The notes under the pieces: model-generated
Databases searched by the model: none
The model's input: the letters and a program-made list of their open reading frames with translations, nothing else
Told to the model about the DNA's origin: nothing
Assembly: GCA_900767585.1 (NCBI GenBank)
Contig: CAAFZP010000097.1
Coordinates: 22,694 to 86,693 of the forward strand
Source: Lachnospiraceae bacterium
GTDB lineage: Bacteria; Bacillota; Clostridia; Lachnospirales; Lachnospiraceae
Direction of reading: 5' to 3'
Length of the DNA: 64,000 nt
Made by a program: the position numbers and the translations under genes
Shown here: piece by piece, positions 10,526 to 20,774 of the stretch
How positions within the stretch are numbered: the first letter of the stretch is position 1
Layout of the letters: each line of letters starts with the position of its first letter

Positions 10526-12352
10526 TCACTGAATTGTCTCCAGTCCAACAATATGTCTCTGCAGCTTTACGATATCAAGTGCTGTTACTTTTCCATCTCC
10601 GTTTATATCTGCAATCGAAAGGACATGGCTGTCTAACGAATCAAGTCCGACGATCAAGCGCTGTATTTTCACAATATCAAGTGCCGATATCTTTCCATCT
10701 CCATTCAGATCTCCCCGTTTGCCGGAAACGTTCGTCTGCGGCGTCGATGGCTGTGCAGATGCAGTTCCGCGCACAACGGTCAGTTTATATGTACGGGTTG
10801 CCCCGCTCTGCGCTGTGACAACGATATTTACGACATTGGTTCCCTGCGCAAGGCTCACAGTTCCTGCGCCACTCACTCTCGCATTTTTATTGACCGGTGC
10901 CGCTGTGATTGAAATCTTATCCACCGACGAAGAAACGATCAACGAATAATCTGTCGTATTGTTCACCGCATACGATGGTGTCAGTCCGTATCCGGCAATC
11001 GAAAGTGTTTTCAGCCAGTTGTTTGGATTTCCGGAATCCGCCGGTTTTGATATTGCCTGGGCAGGCAGATTGGAGTAAACCGGAATATCAAAAACCATGG
11101 ATGAATTCAACAGATTGTTATTCTTGTATGCATTATAATTTGTCAGGCATTCGGTCGCCGGCGACTGAATATTTCCCATATATTGATGACTGAACAGACA
11201 GCTTTTATTTGTTACATTGAACTTCTGTGTATATAGCGTATTCTGTCCCACATTGATATAGGAGGCACCCAGAAACTGTGCACCACCAATGATCGATTTC
11301 GCCGGTGTATTCCACGGTCTTCCATAGGAGCCGCTTCCAGCTGCCCATTGAAGCCCCTTGATCGCTGCATTTCCATTTGGCGTGTTATATGCACCGATAT
11401 TATAAAAATTATAAATGCCCGGATATGAAGCGTTCGTACCGGAACATGCGGTTCCTATCGTCGAACCCATCTCCAGCTTTATGCGGCTCGCAATATGATA
11501 TGGGCTGACACCGGACTGTGTTGCCGCTTCCATGATGATCTGGGCATATGTACGACTTTCTCCCACCGGTCTTGTCTGACTCATAAATGTCCCGCGCAGG
11601 ATAGCCTCCACACCGGTTTCGTTCTGCACGCCCTGCTGGTACGAAAGACTTTCAAATGCAAAAATATAATTTTCGTACAAATATGTACGCGGATCCATAT
11701 AATAAGCTACCAGATCGTCAGACGCAGCAAACCATGTTTTTCCATCATACGAACTCCATGTATCCGTAGCTATATTATATCCGACCGTTGTAGACCGCCA
11801 ATTATAATGCGGATAAGAACTGGTTCCATATATCAGGTTCTTTACCTGTCCGGACTTTGATACCTCATTTGCAAGCAAGGTGTTCCAGTCTACGCCGGTC
11901 TGTACAGCGCGGAATTCCCATGCCGGATATTTTTCATGAATGGAACGTAAATATGGTTTATAACTGTCCGGGAATCCCTGCGCAGACAGTTTTGCTTCAA
12001 AATCCGCATCCCCACTTGGTGTCGTCTGCTGCTGTTGTCCTCCACTTGTTACATACTGCGCACTGACATACCCGGTATAGGTCGATCCATTATAAGTAAG
12101 ACTGACTTTATACCAGCTTGTATTCGATGTATCCTGAATCGTAAGCGCCTGTCCGCCACTTAGATAAATCGTGTTTCCATTTGCATCTTTTAATGGTGTA
12201 CCTCCCGGGCTCTCCCGGAAATACACACCTGTCGTGCCTGCCTTAATCGAACCGTCCGTTGCCGCCACAGCCGGAAGAACAGGCATCTGCACAGCCAATA
12301 CAAACAAGAGACAAAGCCCCGCTATCACCGAAATCCATCTTTTTTTATCCAT
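10526..12352 (-). CDS. Dockerin-containing peptidoglycan hydrolase (signal peptide, SH3b, GH73 N-acetylglucosaminidase, cadherin-like, type I dockerin)
   Basis: The SH3b-like domain reads GVYFRESPGG...WYKV. The glucosaminidase core reads ...YHIASRIKLEMGS.... The C-terminus carries duplicated F-hand dockerin repeats: DLNGDGKISALDIVKIQRLIVG and DINGDGKVTALDIVKLQRHIVG. Confidence 0.8.
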   Translation of the reverse strand: MDKKRWISVIAGLCLLFVLAVQMPVLPAVAATDGSIKAGTTGVYFRESPGGTPLKDANGNTIYLSGGQALTIQDTSNTSWYKVSLTYNGSTYTGYVSAQYVTSGGQQQQTTPSGDADFEAKLSAQGFPDSYKPYLRSIHEKYPAWEFRAVQTGVDWNTLLANEVSKSGQVKNLIYGTSSYPHYNWRSTTVGYNIATDTWSSYDGKTWFAASDDLVAYYMDPRTYLYENYIFAFESLSYQQGVQNETGVEAILRGTFMSQTRPVGESRTYAQIIMEAATQSGVSPYHIASRIKLEMGSTIGTACSGTNASYPGIYNFYNIGAYNTPNGNAAIKGLQWAAGSGSYGRPWNTPAKSIIGGAQFLGASYINVGQNTLYTQKFNVTNKSCLFSHQYMGNIQSPATECLTNYNAYKNNNLLNSSMVFDIPVYSNLPAQAISKPADSGNPNNWLKTLSIAGYGLTPSYAVNNTTDYSLIVSSSVDKISITAAPVNKNARVSGAGTVSLAQGTNVVNIVVTAQSGATRTYKLTVVRGTASAQPSTPQTNVSGKRGDLNGDGKISALDIVKIQRLIVGLDSLDSHVLSIADINGDGKVTALDIVKLQRHIVGLETIQ

Positions 12353-12503
12353 TCAACCACACCTTTTGATTCCATACTTAGTTATATAGAAATAGTATAA
12401 CACAATATATCGATGGATGCAGTAGTTTTTTGTCAATTTATGCGGTTTTCAAAAGATTTTCAAAGAAATCCGCACGTTTTCTGCACACCTTGGCATTTTA
12501 TGA

Positions 12504-12545
12504 ATAAAAAAATAGCGGAAACCCTTGTATTCTAAGGATTTCCGC
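12504..12545 (-). terminator. Rho-independent terminator after tRNA-Thr
   Basis: A stem gcggaaatcc/ggatttccgc with one mismatch, followed by TTTTTTT on the minus strand. Confidence 0.7.
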
Positions 12546-12557
12546 ATTCATGCAAGA

Positions 12558-12630
12558 AGCTGGTAACGGGAATCGAACCCGTGACCTCCGCACTACCAAT
12601 GCGACGCTCTACCGACTGAGCCATACCAGC
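12558..12630 (-). tRNA. tRNA-Thr (anticodon GGU)
   Basis: Cloverleaf by eye: acceptor GCTGGTA/TACCAGC, D-arm GCTCAGTCGGTAGAGC, anticodon loop TTGGTAG, T-arm GGTTCGATTCC. The CCA is not encoded. Confidence 0.85.
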
Positions 12631-12692
12631 CTGCTTTATGCAAAGCACAAATGAGATAATACTTTATTTATAATCGTCTGTCAAGTAGAATC

Positions 12693-13301
12693 TTACTTCC
12701 TGGACAATTTTCCACGTATCCGCTGTAATGCATTGTCCACTGCTTTTTCCGTCCTGCCAAGCCTTTCGGCAATCGTTTCATAGGAAAGACCCTGCAGATA
12801 CAGTGTAAGCACCTGCTGTTCTAATTTGCTTAACTCCTGTTTGATACGCTTGGCACGATCCTGCTGTTGTTCCCGGGCAATCACCATACGCTCCGGATCC
12901 GCCTGCCTGGGTTCCGTGAGACACTCTTCAAGCATCAGCCGGTCATCCTGCTCCGCATTCATATAAAGCGAGACATAGGAATTTAATGGTCCGTGTTTTT
13001 TTCGGTTGGAATTCGTAATGGCATTCTGGATCTGTCTACGGATACAGATGGCAGCAAACGTTGCAAACGATGCCTCCCGGTCCGAATCATAATCCCGGAT
13101 TGCTTTGAAAAGTCCGATCATGCCTTCCTGAGAAAGATCATCTGTTTCAGCTCCGATCAGATAAACCGTCCGGACTTCCCTTTTTACAAGATATCCATAT
13201 TTTTTAAGCAGATATTCCATTGCATCATCATCGTGCATATGAATCCGTTCTATAATTTCATTATCCTCAAGCGTTGAATAATCCAAACCGTTTCTCCCCA
13301 C
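12693..13301 (-). CDS. sigH: RNA polymerase sporulation sigma factor SigH
   Basis: Sigma-70 regions 2 and 4 (YLIGAETDDLSQEGMIGLFKAIRDYD). It lies downstream of rlmB, the conserved Firmicutes position. Confidence 0.85.
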   Translation of the reverse strand: MGRNGLDYSTLEDNEIIERIHMHDDDAMEYLLKKYGYLVKREVRTVYLIGAETDDLSQEGMIGLFKAIRDYDSDREASFATFAAICIRRQIQNAITNSNRKKHGPLNSYVSLYMNAEQDDRLMLEECLTEPRQADPERMVIAREQQQDRAKRIKQELSKLEQQVLTLYLQGLSYETIAERLGRTEKAVDNALQRIRGKLSRK

Positions 13302-13377
13302 AGTTTCTGTGTTTCCCGCATATTTTTTCCTACACAGTTTTTTGTTGCATTTTTGCTATCCTTTTAATTACATTTTT

Positions 13378-14151
13378 CTACTGCATTCTCTGTCGCACTA
13401 CTTCATACGCAAGCACGCCGGCAGCTACCGATGCATTCAGGGAATCAATATCGCCCTTCATCGGAATTGATACGACATAATCACATTTTTCTTTGACAAG
13501 GCGGCTCACACCACTTCCCTCGTTTCCGATCACCAGTCCAATCGGTCCGGTCAGGTTTGCACGGTACATTACCTCACCACCCATATCGGCGCAGGCAAAC
13601 CACAATCCTTTTTCCTTTAACTCTTCGATTGTTTTGGCGATATTCGTCACCTTTGCAACCGGTGTATAATGGATAGCACCTGCCGAAGCCTTGACAACCG
13701 TCGCGGTAAGTCCCACCGCCCGTCGCTTCGGAATAATCACACCATGCGCACCGCACAGATTCGCGGTACGGATGATTGCACCTAAGTTATGTGGATCTTC
13801 GATTTCATCCAAGATAAAGATGAAAGGATCCTCTCCCTTTTCCTTAGCCTTCTCTAATATATCATCCACTTCCGCATAGGAAAATGCCGCAGTAATCGCC
13901 ATCACGCCCTGATGCTTGCGGTCCGGAGACATCTGGTCGAGTTTCTCCTTGCTCACGAAGTTGACGATCACATCCCGTTTCTTCGCATCACGCAGGATGG
14001 ATGCAATCACGCCATCACGCAAGCCCTCCTGAATATACAGCTTATCGACTGTCTTTCCGGCACGGAATGCCTCTAAGACAGCATTTCTTCCTTCGATCAT
14101 ATGATCGTCTGTTTGTTCCTGTTCATTTATGATATTCTTATTCTCACTCAT
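13378..14151 (-). CDS. rlmB: 23S rRNA (guanosine-2'-O)-methyltransferase RlmB (SpoU/TrmH family)
   Basis: SpoU methyltransferase motifs (GLVIGNEGSGVS). The start is taken at MSENK, which has a better RBS than the start of the track ORF. Confidence 0.85.
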   Translation of the reverse strand: MSENKNIINEQEQTDDHMIEGRNAVLEAFRAGKTVDKLYIQEGLRDGVIASILRDAKKRDVIVNFVSKEKLDQMSPDRKHQGVMAITAAFSYAEVDDILEKAKEKGEDPFIFILDEIEDPHNLGAIIRTANLCGAHGVIIPKRRAVGLTATVVKASAGAIHYTPVAKVTNIAKTIEELKEKGLWFACADMGGEVMYRANLTGPIGLVIGNEGSGVSRLVKEKCDYVVSIPMKGDIDSLNASVAAGVLAYEVVRQRMQ

Positions 14152-14209
14152 TTTTGTTTTCCTTCTTCCACCCGCGATGTCATACATTCTGCTGGCGGCA
14201 CATACATCT

Positions 14210-14626
14210 TTACTGTTCTTTACCTGCGAGATACTGTTTAATCATACCATCCACAAAATATTGCAGCCGGTCCATATCCCCTTTCAGATACAGATATCCA
14301 TACAGTGCCTCTAAGCCGGTCGCCTTGCGGTACTGTCCCATCGTCGCATTCTTCGCCTTGGAATGGGTATTCGTATTTCTGCCACGCTTGTAGACGTCGA
14401 GCTCATCTTCTGACAGTTCTCCCATGATCTGATCGATATAATCCGCCTGATTCACTGCCTTTACGATCTTGCTGACCTCCACATGATACTTATGTGGCTG
14501 CATGTTGGAATGTGTGACAAAATACTTCTTCACAAGTAAATCCAGTATGCTATCACCCATATAGGCAAGCGCAAGCGGGGAATACTGATATGCATTTATC
14601 TGTTCCGTCTTTATGCTCTCTTCCAT
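14210..14626 (-). CDS. mrnC: Mini-ribonuclease 3
   Basis: RNase III signature [12 protein letters not shown]. It overlaps the cysS 3' end by 16 nt, as in Bacillus. Confidence 0.85.
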   Translation of the reverse strand: MEESIKTEQINAYQYSPLALAYMGDSILDLLVKKYFVTHSNMQPHKYHVEVSKIVKAVNQADYIDQIMGELSEDELDVYKRGRNTNTHSKAKNATMGQYRKATGLEALYGYLYLKGDMDRLQYFVDGMIKQYLAGKEQ

Positions 14627-16020
14627 CTTACACCTTCTCTGGTATCTTCCAGAATAATTCCCTTCTCTGTGAGCAAATTACGGATTTCGTCTGCTCTTGC
14701 GAAGTTCTTTGCCTTTCTCGCTGCCTGACGCTCTTCGATCAGATTCTCGATTTCCTCATCCAAAAGTACTTCCTGCTCCTTGATGTCAATGCCGAGAATA
14801 TCCATCAGCTGCTTCATCGTATCATACAGCTTCTGTGCAAATGCCTTGCTTGTTACACCAGTCTCCACATTTGTATTTGCGAATTTTACAAGTTCGAAGA
14901 TTACAGAGATTGCATCGGCTGTATTTAAGTCATCCTCCATCGCATCCTCAAAGCGCTTTACATACGTCGGAATCTCTTCTGCAAGCTTCGTCTCTGCCTC
15001 TGTCATATCGGCGACTGTGCTGTTATTGATTGCCTCTTCTACCTTCGATGCAGATGTACGGATTCTGTCTAAACCGTTCTTAGAGCTTTCCACAAGTTCT
15101 GCGGAGAAGTTAAGCGGACTTCTGTAATGTGCGGAAAGCATGAAGAAACGGATTACCTGCAGATCATACTTTTCTCCAATTTCTCTTACTGTAAAGAAGT
15201 TTCCAAGTGATTTGGACATCTTCTCGTTATTGATTTTCAAAAATCCATTGTGCATCCAATACCGTGCGAACTCCTTGTCATTAGCTGCCTCGCTCTGTGC
15301 AATCTCATTTTCATGGTGCGGGAAGATCAGATCCTCGCCACCGGCATGAATATCGATAACATCGCCGATATACTTCTTCGACATAACCGAACATTCCAGA
15401 TGCCAACCCGGTCTTCCATCTCCCCATGGCGATGGCCACGATGGCTCGCCTTCCTTCTTTGGCTTCCAGAGTACAAAATCGAGCGGATCTTCCTTCTCAT
15501 CCTCACCGGATACGAGAAGCTCACGGTTTCCGGCACGCAGATCATCGATATTCTTCTTGGAAAGCTTACCATAATCAGAGAACTTTCTCGTACGGAAATA
15601 TACCGTTCCATTTACTTCGTATGCATAGCCCTTCTCAATCAACGTCTCAACCATCGCGATCATATCCGGGATTTCCTTCGTTGCCTGCGGATGTGTCGTT
15701 GCCTCCTCTACATGAAGGGCTGCCATATCCTTTTTGCACTCTGCAATGTAGCGTTCGGAAATCACGGACGCATCCACGCCTTCTTCATTTGCACGCTTGA
15801 TGATCTTGTCGTCGACATCGGTAAAGTTTGACACATAATTCACTTCATAGCCTTTGTACTCAAAATATCTGCGCAAGGTATCAAATACGATCATCGGTCT
15901 TGCATTTCCGATGTGAATATAGTCATATACGGTCGGTCCACAGACATAGATACCTACCTTGCCCTCATTGATCGGCTGAAATTCATCCTTATGTCTGGTG
16001 AGTGTATTAAAAATCTTCAT
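14611..16020 (-). CDS. cysS: Cysteine--tRNA ligase
   Basis: HIGH motif ([16 protein letters not shown]) and KMSKS motif. The ATG at 16020 has AGGAGG upstream. The track ORF has a 26-codon upstream extension. Confidence 0.93.
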   Translation of the reverse strand: MKIFNTLTRHKDEFQPINEGKVGIYVCGPTVYDYIHIGNARPMIVFDTLRRYFEYKGYEVNYVSNFTDVDDKIIKRANEEGVDASVISERYIAECKKDMAALHVEEATTHPQATKEIPDMIAMVETLIEKGYAYEVNGTVYFRTRKFSDYGKLSKKNIDDLRAGNRELLVSGEDEKEDPLDFVLWKPKKEGEPSWPSPWGDGRPGWHLECSVMSKKYIGDVIDIHAGGEDLIFPHHENEIAQSEAANDKEFARYWMHNGFLKINNEKMSKSLGNFFTVREIGEKYDLQVIRFFMLSAHYRSPLNFSAELVESSKNGLDRIRTSASKVEEAINNSTVADMTEAETKLAEEIPTYVKRFEDAMEDDLNTADAISVIFELVKFANTNVETGVTSKAFAQKLYDTMKQLMDILGIDIKEQEVLLDEEIENLIEERQAARKAKNFARADEIRNLLTEKGIILEDTREGVRWKRA

Positions 16021-16119
16021 ATCTATCTTATTCCTCCTGTCTTTTCCGGTTCCATCCATTCTGTGTTCAAATATGTCATGGAATCCATGCTTTGTCAAGC
16101 AAAAACACCTCTATGTCCA

Positions 16120-17886
16120 TCAATGTGCAAACTGTGAATTGTACAGATTTGTGTAGAAGCCGTTTTGTGCCATGAGCTGCTTGTGGTTTCCCTTCTCAAT
16201 GATATTTCCATCCTTCATAACCAGGATTACATCTGCCTCACGGATGGTTGACAGTCTGTGCGCCACGATGAAACTCGTTCTACCCTGCATCATGCGGTTA
16301 AACGCCTTCTGAATCCGAATCTCCGTACGTGTATCGATGGAAGATGTTGCCTCATCTAATATAAGCATCGGCGGCAGTAACAGCATAACTCTTGTGATAC
16401 ACAAAAGCTGTTTTTGCCCCTGCGACAGGTTTCCTCCATCCTCGGCGATCACAGTGTCGTACCCTTGCGGCAGACGTCGGATAAAGCTATCGGAATGTGC
16501 AAGCTTCGCTGCCTGTACAATCTCCGCATCCGTTGCATCCGGCTTTCCATAAGCAATATTCTCACGGATCGTACCGCTCTTTAACCATGTCTCCTGCAGT
16601 ACCATACCATAATTTTCACGCAGGCTGTCTCTCGTCATATCCCGGATATCCGTACCATCGACGGAAACAGAACCGGAATCGACATCATAAAACCGCATCA
16701 AAAGATTGATAAGTGTACTCTTTCCGCATCCGGTCGGTCCGACGATTGCCACACGCATACCCGGTTTTACAGAGAGATTCAGGTTCGTGATAAGTTTCTT
16801 GTCTTTTACATAAGAGAAGTTCACGTCCCTGATCTCGATCGCGCCCTTCGTATCCGTTAAGACATGGGCATTTTCTTTCTCCGGTACCTGCGGCGTCTCG
16901 TCTAAAAGCTCAAACACACGTCCGGCACATGCCATCGCATTTTGCAATTCGGTAATAACGTTCGATATCTCATTAAACGGTTTTGTATACTGGTTTGCGT
17001 AACTAAGGAAGCATGTAAGCTGTCCGACAGTAAATCCGGTCGAAATTACGGAAACCGCGCCGATGATACCAACTGCCGCATACACAAGATTGTTAACAAA
17101 TCTTGTACATGGATTGACAATGGACGAATAAAACGTAGCTGACATACTGTCCTTCTCCAGACGATCGTTGATCTTTTCAAAACGCTCTAATGCATCGTCC
17201 TCGTAGCCAAATGCCTGCACGATCTTCTGCTGCCCAATCATCTCATCAACAAGTGCCGTGATATCTCCACGTGTCTCAGACTGCCGGTGGAACAGATGAT
17301 ATGTTCGCTTCGCAATAAACGATGCTACAAACAGGGAAAGTGGCGTCAATACAATTACAACCAGTGCGATCGGTACATTTACAGCTATCATAAATCCAAG
17401 CGTTGCAAGAATCGTTACGATTCCGGTGAACAGCTGTGTAAATCCCATCAGAAGTCCGTCTGCAAACTGGTCAATATCCGATACGATACGGCTCACGATA
17501 TCGCCGTGCTTATGTGAATCGATATAGGAAAGCGGAAGCTCCTCCATATGATTGAACACTTCGATACGGATATCCCGCACAACGGAGTATGTGATATGGT
17601 TGTTAATAATATTCATAAACCACTGTGAAAGCACTGTCACAACGGTTACCATCAAAAATGTATAGATGATGTCCTTGATTCCATCGAAGTCAACCAGACC
17701 TTTTCCGACGATCAGGTCGATTGCATTACCGGTCAAAATCGGTGCATACAAGGTAGAGGCAACGGTGATCATTGCACAGACAAACGAAAGGATGACCAGA
17801 ATACGGTATTTCTTGATGTGTGTCAGTACACGTTTTAACACAGCTTTATCAAAGCCCTGCAGCTTCTTTTTCTTATCCTTAGACAT
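16120..17886 (-). CDS. ABC exporter, fused permease/ATPase subunit (heterodimer partner B)
   Basis: Six TM helices, then Walker A GPTGCGKST, the LSQGQKQ signature and Walker B ILDEATS. Confidence 0.88.
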   Translation of the reverse strand: MSKDKKKKLQGFDKAVLKRVLTHIKKYRILVILSFVCAMITVASTLYAPILTGNAIDLIVGKGLVDFDGIKDIIYTFLMVTVVTVLSQWFMNIINNHITYSVVRDIRIEVFNHMEELPLSYIDSHKHGDIVSRIVSDIDQFADGLLMGFTQLFTGIVTILATLGFMIAVNVPIALVVIVLTPLSLFVASFIAKRTYHLFHRQSETRGDITALVDEMIGQQKIVQAFGYEDDALERFEKINDRLEKDSMSATFYSSIVNPCTRFVNNLVYAAVGIIGAVSVISTGFTVGQLTCFLSYANQYTKPFNEISNVITELQNAMACAGRVFELLDETPQVPEKENAHVLTDTKGAIEIRDVNFSYVKDKKLITNLNLSVKPGMRVAIVGPTGCGKSTLINLLMRFYDVDSGSVSVDGTDIRDMTRDSLRENYGMVLQETWLKSGTIRENIAYGKPDATDAEIVQAAKLAHSDSFIRRLPQGYDTVIAEDGGNLSQGQKQLLCITRVMLLLPPMLILDEATSSIDTRTEIRIQKAFNRMMQGRTSFIVAHRLSTIREADVILVMKDGNIIEKGNHKQLMAQNGFYTNLYNSQFAH

Positions 17887-19615
17887 CTGCCTTCACCTCC
17901 TTGTTCTGGGATGCATAGATCTCCTGGTATACCGGACAATTCTTCATCAGTGTATCATGATTGCCAATACCTGCGATTTTACCATCGTCCAAAACGACGA
18001 TCTTATCTGCATACATGATGGAGGATGCACGCTGCGATACAAGGAACACGGTCGTATGATCCGTTTTCTCCTTGATTGCTTTCCGGAGTGCAGCATCCGT
18101 CGCATAGTCAAGTGCGGAAGAACTGTCATCAAGAATCAGGATCTCCGGCTTCTTCACAAGCGCACGCGCGATCGTCAGTCTCTGCTTCTGTCCACCGGAC
18201 AGGTTCTTACCGCCCTGGTTCAGCATAAACCCGATCCCTCCATCCTTCTGCTGCACAAAATCCTCCGCCTGTGCAATCGAAAGCGCTTCCTCGATCTCCT
18301 CGTTCGTTGCATCTTCCTTACCCCAGCGGATATTATCCGCGATCGTTCCGGAGAACAGCACTGCCTTCTGCGGAACGACACCGATTTTTTCTATCAACTG
18401 CTCTTTTGGATATTCCATTACATCCACACCGTCGATTTTAATACTGCCCTGTGTGCAGTCATAGAAACGAGGAATCAGATTCACAAGGGTCGATTTACCG
18501 GAGCCTGTACCACCGATAATACCGATCGTCTCGCCACGTTTCACCTTCAGGGAAAGTCCCTCGATGGAAGTTTCCTTTGCATCCGCATACGTAAGTCCGG
18601 CATTGATAAATTCCACCTTCGGAACCGTCTCATCCACGGTTGTTTCTACCGGTGCTGTCTCGTATGCCTGGCTGCTTGTCGTCTCGAAGATCGCACCGAG
18701 ACGGTTCGCACAGGCAACTGCCTTTGTCTCTGTAATAATCAGATTTGCAAGCTTCACAAGCTCAATCAGAATCTGTGACATGTAGTTTACAAGCGCGTAA
18801 ACCTGCCCCTGCTTCAAGATACCGAGATCTACCTGTTTCGCACCGCCCCAGATCAGGGCTACAATCGACAGGTTAATGACTGCGTAGGTCAGCGGATTTA
18901 AGAAAGAAGAAATCTTTCCGACGAAAAGCTGTCCTTTCGTCAGTGCTTCCGTTACCTCCGCAAACTCTTCCTTTTCCTTCTTCTCCTGATTAAATGCGCG
19001 GATGACACGCACACCGGACAGATTCTCTCTGGATTTCAAAGTCACTGTGTCAAGCTTGCTCTGTACTTTCTTATATAAAGGAATCGAAACAAGCATGATT
19101 CCAAATACGATCACGATCAAAACCGGAAGCGTGATAAAGAAAACACGCGACGCTTTCGCATTGACCGTAAATGCCATGATTGTCGCACCAAATACAATAA
19201 ATGGTGAACGCATAAACAGGCGCAGGAACATATTGATTCCCGTCTGTACCTGATTGACATCACTCGTCATACGTGTGATGAGCGTCGCACTACCGAGCTT
19301 ATCAATCTCTGTATAGGAAAGTGTCTCGATATGCTTGAACAGATCATACCGGATCTCCTTTCCGATTCCCATTGCCGTTTTCGCTGAAAAATACTGTGCT
19401 GTGATGGAACATCCAAGTCCAATTACGCCGAGTCCAACCATGACAAATGCCATCTTATAAATATATGGCTTGTCATTTCCTGCAATACCATTATCAATGA
19501 TTGCCGCCATAACGAGCGGTACCAAAAGCTCAAAGGCTGCTTCGAGCATTTTAAAAAGCGGTGCTAAAACCGCTTTCCATTTATAATTTTTGAAATACTG
19601 TAATACCTGTTTCAC
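17879..19615 (-). CDS. ABC exporter, fused permease/ATPase subunit (heterodimer partner A)
   Basis: Walker A GGTGSGKST and signature LSGGQKQR. It overlaps the downstream partner by 8 nt, which implies translational coupling. Confidence 0.88.
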   Translation of the reverse strand: MKQVLQYFKNYKWKAVLAPLFKMLEAAFELLVPLVMAAIIDNGIAGNDKPYIYKMAFVMVGLGVIGLGCSITAQYFSAKTAMGIGKEIRYDLFKHIETLSYTEIDKLGSATLITRMTSDVNQVQTGINMFLRLFMRSPFIVFGATIMAFTVNAKASRVFFITLPVLIVIVFGIMLVSIPLYKKVQSKLDTVTLKSRENLSGVRVIRAFNQEKKEKEEFAEVTEALTKGQLFVGKISSFLNPLTYAVINLSIVALIWGGAKQVDLGILKQGQVYALVNYMSQILIELVKLANLIITETKAVACANRLGAIFETTSSQAYETAPVETTVDETVPKVEFINAGLTYADAKETSIEGLSLKVKRGETIGIIGGTGSGKSTLVNLIPRFYDCTQGSIKIDGVDVMEYPKEQLIEKIGVVPQKAVLFSGTIADNIRWGKEDATNEEIEEALSIAQAEDFVQQKDGGIGFMLNQGGKNLSGGQKQRLTIARALVKKPEILILDDSSSALDYATDAALRKAIKEKTDHTTVFLVSQRASSIMYADKIVVLDDGKIAGIGNHDTLMKNCPVYQEIYASQNKEVKADV

Positions 19616-19671
19616 TTTCTTTTTTCCTTTTGATTATTTCTTTTCACCTTCTGATATATTACTTTCATTGA

Positions 19672-19980
19672 CTACAGATCTTCATATGCTTCGTTATCTA
19701 ACAGCTCATCGAACGCATCTGCAACCAGTTCGTATTCATCCTCAGACTCAATCATTCCAAGTTCTACATCATCGCCCTCTTTTTCTGTATACCGGTAAAG
19801 AAAGACATCCTCTTCCTCATATCCATCGACAACCTTATCCGGAAGTAAAGCAATATATTGCTGTCCGCCTACCGGAAAGATAGCTATCACACTGCAATGA
19901 AGCTCCGTGCCATCATCTAATACCATATCTACATAATCATCATTTTCGTCATCCTGAAACAAACGGTTTTTTTCGTCCAT
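19672..19980 (-). CDS. DUF1292-family acidic protein (YrzB-like)
   Basis: HCSVIAIFPVGGQQYIALLPDK plus an acidic tail. The start is taken at MDEKN (AAGGAG spaced 9 nt). Confidence 0.65.
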   Translation of the reverse strand: MDEKNRLFQDDENDDYVDMVLDDGTELHCSVIAIFPVGGQQYIALLPDKVVDGYEEEDVFLYRYTEKEGDDVELGMIESEDEYELVADAFDELLDNEAYEDL

Positions 19981-20087
19981 ATTCATACACTCCTTTTCTT
20001 AATTATCTTCATCCATGTTGTAGTTTAAGCGAATTTCCCGACAAGGTCAACCCGTATTCTGTTTTTGGGCTTCTATTCGTCATATTT

Positions 20088-20774
20088 TTATTGTAAATCA
20101 TAAATTTCGAGCGTTCCATTTTCAAACTCATACCGATAGATGTAAGACCATTGTGTTTTACCGTTCATACTGAAATCTATGTTCCCATAAAAATCACAAT
20201 GATTCTCTTCATCCAATACAAATCCGTCGACCGTTACACCATAGACAGCAATCTCTTTGTCTAACAGTTCTTTTTCCCGAAGACAGCTGTCTGTCACTGC
20301 CTGTCGTACATCATCCAGTGTTGTTTCTTTTAAGATCAAGGCATCTGTAAGTGTCATCTGTTTATCATGCACACGGTCATAATTGTAGCTTACAACATCC
20401 CCCTGGCCTCCTACTAACGGAAATTCCACGTAACGGCAGAGTGCCTGCAGATACTTTGGATTCTCATATAAATCGGTACGGATTTCCGGTGTAATCTCTG
20501 CCGAATCTTTATCTTTTTCATAGAGCGTTCCCAGAGTATCATCAATTTCCCGGTTGATCTCGACTAACTGTGTGCTCTCATGCACAGACGAAAACACCGG
20601 AATCTCAACCGGATGCCCATCTATTTTTGTCTGTACCGAAAAAGAAACTGCACTATCTTCCGGTGCGTAGCTTACGGTTTCCTCCGACTTGGTTTCACGG
20701 CAACCGCAAGCAGCAAACATGCTCACAAGTATGAAAAAACAAACCAAACATTTTCTTTTTATTTTTCCTGCCAT
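20088..20774 (-). CDS. Putative lipoprotein
   Basis: N-terminal KIKRK, a hydrophobic core and FAAC/GC lipobox-like cysteines. It overlaps the helicase stop by 16 nt. Confidence 0.55.
   Translation of the reverse strand: MAGKIKRKCLVCFFILVSMFAACGCRETKSEETVSYAPEDSAVSFSVQTKIDGHPVEIPVFSSVHESTQLVEINREIDDTLGTLYEKDKDSAEITPEIRTDLYENPKYLQALCRYVEFPLVGGQGDVVSYNYDRVHDKQMTLTDALILKETTLDDVRQAVTDSCLREKELLDKEIAVYGVTVDGFVLDEENHCDFYGNIDFSMNGKTQWSYIYRYEFENGTLEIYDLQ

Noticed and set aside
16021-16119. T-box leader upstream of cysS
   Set aside because: Only about 100 nt separate cysS from the upstream ABC gene stop, and there is no T-box consensus (AGGGTGGNACCGCG) or specifier structure.
17666-18778. 370-aa plus-strand ORF
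   Set aside because: It is antisense across the junction of the two ABC exporter genes, with no RBS and a low-complexity, Cys-rich translation.
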